Translations under genes and position numbers: made by a program
Shown: positions 30,449-37,080 of the stretch, piece by piece
How the letters are laid out: each line of letters opens with the position of its first letter
Numbering within the stretch: the stretch's first letter is position 1
Notes under the pieces: generated by a model
What the model saw: the letters and a program-made list of their open reading frames with translations, nothing else
Told to the model about the DNA's origin: nothing
The model's database searches: none
Source of the DNA: an uncultured bacterium
GTDB lineage: Bacteria > Hinthialibacterota > Hinthialibacteria > Hinthialibacterales > Hinthialibacteraceae
Direction: 5' to 3'
Assembly: GCA_964419335.1 (NCBI GenBank)
Contig: CAYQOX010000023.1
Span: forward strand, 2,946 to 66,945
DNA length: 64,000 nucleotides

Positions 30449-30491
30449 TCCTCCTTGAGGGGATTCACGCATAGCATCCCATGCATGCGTG
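30449..30491 (-). promoter_or_regulatory. flagellin 5' leader: hairpin presenting GGA in its apical loop plus GGA-containing SD (CsrA-type dual site architecture)
   Basis: mRNA sense is CACGCAU-GCAU-GGG-AUGC-U-AUGCGUG (30491-30466), then 9 nt, then AAGGAGGA (30456-30449). This resembles the two CsrA sites of B. subtilis hag. Confidence 0.35.
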
Positions 30492-30666
30492 TTCAGTGCA
30501 CATCTTTCCTCTCATCTCCCGAATGGGAATCGCTCAACCTTTTACCCCCACGACCGCATGCGGAGGCAAACTGTTGAATCGATTCTTCGAGAGTATCGAT
30601 TCTTATTAGCCAATGTTTTTGGAAGGAAAAATCAGGGAGGAAAATCCCCCTCTCTTACTTACTCCG

Positions 30667-30710
30667 TTGCAAGGTTTCCGAGGCCTTTTTCATGACGGGT
30701 GAAGTGGTTT
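30667..30710. repeat. conserved core element, copy 1 (44 nt)
   Basis: TTGCAAGGTTTCCGAGGCCTTTTTCATGACGGGTGAAGTGGTTT, identical to copy 2 at 30894-30937. Followed by T5. Confidence 0.9.
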
Positions 30711-30782
30711 TTCCCTTCCAGTCATTCGATAGAGATCTATCACCTCCTTTATAAAAATTTCATAAAGAATCGTACATTAAAC

Positions 30783-30810
30783 TTAAGTTTTTCAAGCGAT
30801 TTGCCGAAGA
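30783..30810 (+). promoter_or_regulatory. sigma-28 (FliA)-type promoter C
   Basis: TTAAGTTT-N12-GCCGAAGA versus consensus TAAAGTTT-N11-GCCGATAA (13/16). Confidence 0.45.
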
Positions 30811-30816
30811 TTAGGG

Positions 30817-30950
30817 ACAGATATGATATGACAGAGAAAACCCTGCACATTCTCTTGTCATCCTGGGTTAGATCGCTTTTCACCCCTCATAAATTGCAAG
30901 GTTTCCGAGGCCTTTTTCATGACGGGTGAAGTGGTTTAACCTTTTTTTTT
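30817..30950 (+). ncRNA. candidate sigma-28-dependent small RNA (module 2), about 134 nt, ends inferred
   Basis: Starts ~7 nt after promoter C. 10-bp SL1 at 30829-30860, conserved UCCUGGGUUA, long hairpin UUCACCC/GGGUGAA containing the core repeat, T9 run at 30942-30950. Confidence 0.4.
30861..30950. repeat. conserved element, copy 2 (extended ~90 nt)
   Basis: TCCTGGGTTAGATCGCTTTTCACCCCTC...core...T9. Aligns along its length with 31255-31345. Confidence 0.9.
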
Positions 30951-31030
30951 ATCCGCCCACGAGACTCAAAGCAAACGCCTAATTCATTTTTTATTTACCC
31001 AAAAAAAAATTTTGGCGTGTTCGTATATTA

Positions 31031-31057
31031 TTTTCGGCAGATTAAAGAAAACCTTAA
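31031..31057 (-). promoter_or_regulatory. sigma-28 (FliA)-type promoter D, oriented toward the flagellin gene
   Basis: Minus strand reads TTAAGGTT-N11-GCCGAAAA (13/16). Paralogous to promoter A (shared ATCTGCCGA). Confidence 0.45.
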
Positions 31058-31127
31058 ATAAAATTTTTCTTGACTTTTTCTGTTGGAAGAAAAGTTAATA
31101 TAAAATCAATCTTCGAGAGATAAACAA

Positions 31128-31160
31128 TAAAAAACCGTATCCCCTCGCACGGGATACGGT
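31128..31160 (-). terminator. intrinsic terminator (minus strand)
   Basis: Minus strand reads CCGTATCCC-gtgcgag-GGGATACGG followed by TTTTTTATT. Perfect 9-bp GC-rich stem. Confidence 0.7.
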
Positions 31161-31178
31161 GTAATTTGATCTTTCAAC

Positions 31179-31205
31179 TCAAGTTTGGCTCAAAATTGCC
31201 GATAA
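31179..31205 (+). promoter_or_regulatory. sigma-28 (FliA)-type promoter B
   Basis: TCAAGTTT-N11-GCCGATAA (15/16 to consensus). Confidence 0.55.
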
Positions 31206-31211
31206 ATAAGA

Positions 31212-31345
31212 ACATAGAACAAGGGTAAAACAAACCCTGTACGTTCTTTTGATTTCCTGGGTTAAATTGCTTTTCACCCCTCTCAATTGCAAGGTTTCCG
31301 AGGCCTTTTCACAAGACGGGTGAAGTGGTTTGACCCTCTTTTTTT
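31212..31345 (+). ncRNA. candidate sigma-28-dependent small RNA (module 3), about 134 nt, ends inferred
   Basis: Starts ~7 nt after promoter B. SL1 at 31216-31247, conserved UCCUGGGUUA, long hairpin with the core repeat, GGGUGAA-GUGG-UUGACCC hairpin plus T7 run at 31339-31345. Confidence 0.42.
31255..31345. repeat. conserved element, copy 3 (extended ~90 nt)
   Basis: TCCTGGGTTAAATTGCTTTTCACCCCTC...core (31287-31331, a few substitutions/indels versus copies 1/2)...T7. Confidence 0.9.
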
Positions 31346-31432
31346 AACCCATTCAACCAAGAACCTCTCAGAGTTCTCACCCTTCGCACCTGAAGGATTC
31401 AAGAATGAGTATTTCTCCTTCTTCGTCTTTTA

Positions 31433-31459
31433 CTATCGGCAGATAAACCCGAAACTTTA
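31433..31459 (-). promoter_or_regulatory. sigma-28 (FliA)-type promoter A
   Basis: Minus strand reads TAAAGTTT-N11-GCCGATAG (15/16, perfect -35 element). Confidence 0.6.
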
Positions 31460-31543
31460 GAAGAATTTGTATTTTTTTCCTTAACCTTTTAATCTGCCTG
31501 ATTTAATTAAATTTATAAATGACCTATTTCCTCAAAAAAAATC

Positions 31544-32395
31544 TCATCCTAAAAATTCAATAAATTTGCGAGTAATTTCCCCCTCTTTTACCTTACAAAT
31601 AAAATATCCCTTTTCCTCACTTCCATCATGATTTCCTCGACTATAAGAGAGGCAACGGTTGGTGGTGAGTGGAATCTCATTCCACCGCTTCAATGTAAAT
31701 CCATGAAAATGCCCGCTATAAATCGCTTTCACATTACAATCCACCAATAAGTTTAAAACTTCATCGGCATTTTTAGGCCGCATCGGTGTCTCTTCACCCA
31801 TGGGAAAATGAGTAAAAACAATCATAGGCTTTTTAGAATCATTCTCATCAATTGTCTTTCTTAACCATTTCAGGCTATCTTCTTGAATTTGAGTATCTTT
31901 ATAACGGGGACCATCACATGAATCCAATCCCAATAGAGTCCACCCCTTCACGTGCTTTACATAATTCCGAGAGTTGGGAAAAATCTCTTCGTACACCCCG
32001 CACGACTCTCCATCAAAGTCATGGTTCCCCGGGACCACGTAAACAGGACATGGCATAGCCTCCATAATTTCACGAAATGGTTTTAGTTCATGTTCTTTTC
32101 CATCGGTAGCGAGATCCCCAGCGACAAGGCAAAAATCCAGTTTCTCGTGGCGTGATTTGATCCATTTCACCGCCTTTGTTAAATATTCCCCACAACGTTC
32201 ATCGCGATAATGGGTATCATTGATAATGACATACTGTAGATCATCCCCTTTTTCGTCAAAAGCCTGCGCTGCGATTGCACCCGGCCATAATCCGGCTGCG
32301 AGAACCCCATGCAATCCATTGCGCAAAAATTCACGACGTGACTTGCCAGCAGAGAGTATGCGCTTCTTGTATTCCTTCATTAATAAACCTTTCAA
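31544..32395 (-). CDS. calcineurin-like metallophosphoesterase with twin-arginine signal
   Basis: 283 aa. SRREFLRNGL...AQA TAT signal. DTHY, GDLATDG, GNHD and GHFH metallophosphoesterase motifs. Confidence 0.85.
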   Translation of the reverse strand: MKGLLMKEYKKRILSAGKSRREFLRNGLHGVLAAGLWPGAIAAQAFDEKGDDLQYVIINDTHYRDERCGEYLTKAVKWIKSRHEKLDFCLVAGDLATDGKEHELKPFREIMEAMPCPVYVVPGNHDFDGESCGVYEEIFPNSRNYVKHVKGWTLLGLDSCDGPRYKDTQIQEDSLKWLRKTIDENDSKKPMIVFTHFPMGEETPMRPKNADEVLNLLVDCNVKAIYSGHFHGFTLKRWNEIPLTTNRCLSYSRGNHDGSEEKGYFICKVKEGEITRKFIEFLG

Positions 32396-32469
32396 TTTGT
32401 TTTTATCAGATTTACAACTTAAAACTTAATCTACAATAGTAAAACAACGAGCATTCGAATCCAGGCTGA

Positions 32470-33135
32470 TCAACGGTTGATTCCACCCCCGCTTCGCATA
32501 AAAATATCGCCGATGCTATTCAATCCATTGGAAGCATCATAAGGAATCCCCCGATTTCCACTCTCTGATCCGGCATAACCATCCGGTCCTAAACCGACCA
32601 AAGCATATTCGCCTCGCTGCATAGGTCGAATTCCAATGACTTCACAAAAGGGGAGTTCAAGAGCCGCGATATTCATATTATTGTTGTTTGATCCTGTACC
32701 TGGAATATTAGGATCAAAATCCGCATACGTGTAGGTATCGGTGGGACTACCAAATCCTACATCGGTGATATCCATATGTTTTCCTATAAAAGGATCAATA
32801 GGAACTGAACTTAAATAAGGAACTGGGCTGGTTAGCACCGCGAGATAATCGGTTTTTTTGCGGATACCTTCGGGAAAATTTCCCACATCGTTAAACACAT
32901 TTTTTAAGATATCCCGCCCTTCTTGAGTATCATCATCCCATCCATCAAGGGGGAGATAACCTGTATCCATGCGCAATTGTTCCACTGCCTGTAAGATCGT
33001 GCGCATATCGGATTGACATCGCGCCAGTTTTGCCCGTACTTGAGCATTTAAAAAGTTGGGTACTGCGATGGCCGCCAAAATCCCAATAATCGCTACTACG
33101 ATTAATAATTCGATCAAGGTAAAACCTTTTCTCAT
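32470..33135 (-). CDS. orphan prepilin-type (type II secretion/type IV pilin-like) protein
   Basis: MRKGFTLIELLIVVAIIGILAAIAVPNF, a class III signal peptide with G/F cleavage site and Glu+5. 221 aa. Confidence 0.85.
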   Translation of the reverse strand: MRKGFTLIELLIVVAIIGILAAIAVPNFLNAQVRAKLARCQSDMRTILQAVEQLRMDTGYLPLDGWDDDTQEGRDILKNVFNDVGNFPEGIRKKTDYLAVLTSPVPYLSSVPIDPFIGKHMDITDVGFGSPTDTYTYADFDPNIPGTGSNNNNMNIAALELPFCEVIGIRPMQRGEYALVGLGPDGYAGSESGNRGIPYDASNGLNSIGDIFMRSGGGINR

Positions 33136-33479
33136 GATCGTCTCCCCAATTCAAAAGATTGATATGATTTTCCCATAAAATTTATATCAATGTCAATTAA
33201 AAACCAATAAAATCTTGAGCCTTGTTATAGGTTTTCATTTGCATGAAGATTTGTCGATCTTGGAATATTTTAGCGGATAGATAAACCATTCTTTAATTCC
33301 TTGATAGGATGAAGAATTCCAAGTAAAATACTTCTCTTGTTTGGTTTGTTTGGTAGAACCAACCAAATATTTCTTCTCGGCAACCGTTTGTTTCCATATA
33401 GACTAGCCAACGGCTTGCCCTATACATTTTATATAAGACCAAAAAATCTCATTCTAAACTTTATTAAGTCAGGGGCAAA

Positions 33480-36347
33480 ATGGACTATCGCGAAACACTT
33501 CACCTTCCAAAAACCAATTTTCCCATGCGAGCCAATCTAGCCAAACGCGAACCGAATTTCGTGGAGAAATGGAATGAACCTAATATTTACCACAAAATTC
33601 GGGAATTACGTCAAGGTAATCCTCTTTTTGTTCTTCATGATGGCCCCCCCTATGCCAACGGTGGGATCCATTTGGGCACAGGATTGAACAAAATCTTAAA
33701 AGATATGGTGGTCAAATCAAAAATCTTGCTTGGGTACAACATCCACTATCGCCCCGGGTGGGATTGCCATGGGCTTCCCATTGAACTGAATGTAACCCAA
33801 GAGATGAATAAAGGGAAAAATCAAAGTCCTACCGAAAAATTAGAAGCGCTTGAGTTACGAAAAAAATGCACTGAATACGCCCTATCCTTTGTGGAAAAAC
33901 ACCGCATCAGCTTTAAACGACTGGGAATCATTGGCGAATGGGAACGTCCCTACCTGACTCTAAATCCTAAATATGAAGCCGAAGAGTTAAGACAGTTTGC
34001 CCATTTTGTCAAAAAAGGCTATGTTTATCAGGGATTAAAGCCCGTTTATTGGGACAGTTATTTACAAACCGCATTGGCTGAGGCCGAAGTCGAATACGAT
34101 GAGCATACCTCAAGTTCGATCTTTGTTCGCTTTCCAGTACGAGAAGAATCACTCGAAAGAATAAAAAAGAATGTTGAAGAGTTAGAGAAAAACAAAAATG
34201 TCAACATAATCATTTGGACAACCACACCCTGGACGCTGCCCGCGAATCGTGCTGTATGCCTGCATCCCAATTATATGTATACGTTCATTCCATTAGAGAA
34301 TGAATATGTATTAGTTGCGAAAGATTTGGTATCCCGATTTCTAGAAGAAACCGGTTTACAGGCGACAGGCAAACCGATTGGCACCTTTACCGGGCAGGAA
34401 CTCGTCAACATGGAAGTGGTGTTGAAACCTCCCTTTTCTGACGATAGCGTGCCCTTGATCTGCGGAACCCATGTCACCTTGGAACAAGGGACCGGGGCTG
34501 TTCATACCGCACCCGGCCATGGTCATGAAGACTATTTAATTGGGCTGGAATATAACCTGGAAGTCTTCTCCCCCGTGGATGAAGCGGGAAAATTCACAGA
34601 ACAATCCCCGGTTTGCCAAAGCATGCATGTCGAAGATGCTAATGATGTCATTTTAGAGAAATTACAAGAAAACCATCTTCTTGTTCATCATGAAAAATAC
34701 ACACACTCTTATCCCCATTGTTGGCGCAGCAAGAAACCAATTATCTTCCGTGCAACCCAGCAATGGTTCATTTCACTGGAACAAGACAATTTACGCGAAA
34801 CCTTGCTGCAAGAAATCGACAATGTGAAATGGATTCCATCCTGGGGGCGACAACGTATTCGCGGCATGGTGGAAAACCGGCAGGAATGGTGCATCTCACG
34901 CCAGCGTACCTGGGGGGTACCCATCCCTGCGATCTATATCCAAGGCCAAGAAAAAGCCATCATTGACGCTGAGTTTATTTACGAAGTCGCGGATATCGTA
35001 GAAAAAGAAGGAAGCGATTTTTGGTTTCGAGCTTTGCAAAACAAAAATGAATTAAAACGAGTTAAAAGACTGAATGATATTCTCCCTGAAGGCACCAACC
35101 TTGAGGATATCACTTTGGAGCCGGATATCCTTGACGTTTGGTTCGATTCAGGGGTCAGCCATCATGCGGTGATGGCCAATGATGAAGAACTCTACCCCGT
35201 CGACATGTATTTAGAAGGCAGTGATCAGCATCGCGGCTGGTTCCAATCCTCTCTGGTGACCGCCGTGGGTGCGGGGTATGGAACGCCTTATCAATCCGTA
35301 TTGACTCACGGTTTTACCGTTGACGAAAAAGGAAGAAAATTATCCAAAAGTTTAGGCAATTTTGTCCTACTCGATGACCTTTTGAAAACCACAGGGGCCG
35401 ATATTATCCGCCTCTGGGTGGCGGCTGAAGATTTTCGTGGCGATGTTACCTATTCGAATGAAATTCTTAAACGAATTACAGAATCGTATCGTCGTATACG
35501 AAATACAGCCCGCTTTCTCTTGGGTAACTTGAACAAGTATGAACCAAGTGAATGGATTAAGGTTGATGAACGTCTTTCCTTGGATCGATGGATCATGTAC
35601 CGATGGTATGAATGCAAAAAACGAATTATCGAATCGTATGAACGTTATGATTTTCACCGCATTTTCTACGATTTAAATAATTTCTGCAGCGTAGATTTGA
35701 GCGCGATCTATTTAGATATTATTAAAGACCGGCTTTACTGTTCCTCCACCCATAGTCTGGAACGGAAATCAGCCCAATCGACCTTAGCCGATATCGTCGT
35801 GGAATTAACCGCATGCAGTGCTCCTATCTTGTCCTTTACCAGCGAAGAGATTTGGACTCTTTTGCATGAAATGAACTTAGTCCAAGAAGAAAGTGTTTTC
35901 TACTTCGCTTTGGATAAAAAGGTCCCTCCCGTGGACAAAGACCTTATGCACCAATGGGAAAAACGCTTTCTTCTCCGGGGTGAAGTGATTCGTTCCATCG
36001 AAACCGCCCGTAAAGAAGGCGTGATCGGACATCCCCTCGATTGTTGCGTCCTTCTCGAAACTTCAAACGAAGAGTGGAAACAAACCATTCAGGATATGCT
36101 CCATGAATCCCTCGGCAATGATTTGACCAGTGTGTGTATTGTTTCCCAAGCCCATTTAGGTACGGTGGAGACTGACAATCAATACAAAAGCACAGTGATT
36201 CCTGGACTCACCATTGGAGTCCAAAAAGCCCTAGGAGAAAAATGTCCCCGCTGCTGGCATTATCATGAAAAAGTCAACACGGATGGCTTCGAAGTGTGTC
36301 CAAGGTGTAAAGATGTGCTGGAGAAGGACCAGCACGTAACCACTTAA
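33480..36347 (+). CDS. ileS: isoleucine--tRNA ligase (type 1, C-terminal zinc finger)
   Basis: 955 aa. PPYANGGIHLGT (HIGH region), WDCHGLPIE, KLSKS (KMSKS), C-terminal CPRCW...CPRC. Confidence 0.96.
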   Translation: MDYRETLHLPKTNFPMRANLAKREPNFVEKWNEPNIYHKIRELRQGNPLFVLHDGPPYANGGIHLGTGLNKILKDMVVKSKILLGYNIHYRPGWDCHGLPIELNVTQEMNKGKNQSPTEKLEALELRKKCTEYALSFVEKHRISFKRLGIIGEWERPYLTLNPKYEAEELRQFAHFVKKGYVYQGLKPVYWDSYLQTALAEAEVEYDEHTSSSIFVRFPVREESLERIKKNVEELEKNKNVNIIIWTTTPWTLPANRAVCLHPNYMYTFIPLENEYVLVAKDLVSRFLEETGLQATGKPIGTFTGQELVNMEVVLKPPFSDDSVPLICGTHVTLEQGTGAVHTAPGHGHEDYLIGLEYNLEVFSPVDEAGKFTEQSPVCQSMHVEDANDVILEKLQENHLLVHHEKYTHSYPHCWRSKKPIIFRATQQWFISLEQDNLRETLLQEIDNVKWIPSWGRQRIRGMVENRQEWCISRQRTWGVPIPAIYIQGQEKAIIDAEFIYEVADIVEKEGSDFWFRALQNKNELKRVKRLNDILPEGTNLEDITLEPDILDVWFDSGVSHHAVMANDEELYPVDMYLEGSDQHRGWFQSSLVTAVGAGYGTPYQSVLTHGFTVDEKGRKLSKSLGNFVLLDDLLKTTGADIIRLWVAAEDFRGDVTYSNEILKRITESYRRIRNTARFLLGNLNKYEPSEWIKVDERLSLDRWIMYRWYECKKRIIESYERYDFHRIFYDLNNFCSVDLSAIYLDIIKDRLYCSSTHSLERKSAQSTLADIVVELTACSAPILSFTSEEIWTLLHEMNLVQEESVFYFALDKKVPPVDKDLMHQWEKRFLLRGEVIRSIETARKEGVIGHPLDCCVLLETSNEEWKQTIQDMLHESLGNDLTSVCIVSQAHLGTVETDNQYKSTVIPGLTIGVQKALGEKCPRCWHYHEKVNTDGFEVCPRCKDVLEKDQHVTT

Positions 36348-36380
36348 GTTCTATTCTTAATGAAAAAAGAAAAGAAACAG

Positions 36381-36417
36381 AAGGGATATGGGAACAACTC
36401 CAATCCCTTTTGTTTTA
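36381..36417 (+). terminator. terminator-like hairpin after ileS
   Basis: AAGGGAT-(15 nt)-ATCCCTT followed by TTGTTTTATT, 34 nt after the ileS stop. Confidence 0.45.
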
Positions 36418-36498
36418 TTACAACACTGAAAACAACTCAACAAACCTATTCTTCAGGGCTATAATTCCTCTAAAAAAGCGAAGGAAAAATTATTCATT

Positions 36499-37080
36499 AT
36501 GAATAAAAAGCGATTTTCAAACCGTCAAGCGTTCCTGTGGATTACAGGAATCGCCTTGTCTGTTTTAAGCTTGGATATCTTAACAAAACGATGGGCTGTA
36601 AAAGTCTTAAAATACGAACATCCGATTGAGATCATTCCTAATTTCTTCCGCTTTGCGTATGGTGAAAACACCGGAATTGCTTTTGGCTTAATGCAAGATC
36701 AGGGATATTTATTGCATATCCTAACTCCCATCGCATTCATTGTTTTAATCGTTATCATTTACCAACAATTTGCAGCCAATTTTATGGATCGATGGTTCAT
36801 CGCGATTTTCGGTTTATTAATCGGTGGAGCCTTAGGCAATATCCTTAATCGCCTCTATAGTGGCTATGTTATCGATTTTATCGATTTCTATAATCTCTTC
36901 GGATACCATTGGCCTACGTTTAATATCGCGGATTCAGCGCTAACCATAGGCGAGGTTCTCCTATTCGGTAAAATCTTTTTTGGAGAATGGAAAAGAGTCG
37001 AGAAAGAACACATTACAGAGGAAAAAGAATCGTCCTCTTCCGTTGTCGAGGAATCCACTCATGTATCCCACACTGATTGA
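36499..37080 (+). CDS. lspA: lipoprotein signal peptidase II
   Basis: 193 aa. 4 TM helices. NTGIAFG and FNIADSA catalytic Asp motifs. Confidence 0.9.
   Translation: MNKKRFSNRQAFLWITGIALSVLSLDILTKRWAVKVLKYEHPIEIIPNFFRFAYGENTGIAFGLMQDQGYLLHILTPIAFIVLIVIIYQQFAANFMDRWFIAIFGLLIGGALGNILNRLYSGYVIDFIDFYNLFGYHWPTFNIADSALTIGEVLLFGKIFFGEWKRVEKEHITEEKESSSSVVEESTHVSHTD

Larger units (their letters stand above)
31129..31425 (-). ncRNA. candidate ~300-nt non-coding RNA bounded by promoter A and the 31128-31160 terminator
   Basis: Near-perfect sigma-28 promoter upstream and a strong terminator downstream. No ORF of 60 aa or more. Contains repeat copy 3 in antisense orientation. Confidence 0.35.

Noticed and set aside
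30560-30625. A proximal sigma-28 promoter for the flagellin gene (minus strand AAAACATT-N11-ATCGATAC) and the direct repeat ATCGATTCTT x2 (30578-30587, 30595-30604)
   Set aside because: Only 5/8 + 5/8 matches, far weaker than promoters A-D. This cannot be distinguished from chance in AT-rich DNA. The flagellin start site is left unresolved.
30739-30750. Fragment of a 16S rRNA gene (plus strand reads ATCACCTCCTTT, identical to the 16S 3' end)
   Set aside because: The similarity is only 12 nt and no flanking rRNA-like sequence is present. It is interpreted as an SD/anti-SD-like element instead.
30489-30929. ORFs 30489-30695 (+, 68 aa) and 30699-30929 (+, 76 aa) in the flagellin upstream region, sharing a peptide such as LQGFRGLFHDG
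   Set aside because: The shared peptide is a by-product of the DNA repeat. Copy 3 differs by non-triplet indels that break the frame, there are no SDs, and the first codons are weak alternatives. A non-coding interpretation fits better.
30667-31331. Possible CRISPR array, because a ~44-nt sequence recurs three times
   Set aside because: There are only three copies with irregular spacing (227 and 393 nt). The 'spacers' themselves are partly homologous (modules 2 and 3). The copies sit in promoter/terminator contexts and no cas genes are in the window.
31129-31425. The minus-strand ~300-nt RNA as a CsrB/RsmY-like CsrA sponge (the repeat core shows CUCGGAAAC in a hairpin loop in this orientation)
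   Set aside because: Only four GGA triplets occur in ~300 nt, roughly what base composition predicts. The loop motif is CGGAAA rather than A(N)GGA. This is kept only as a minor alternative.
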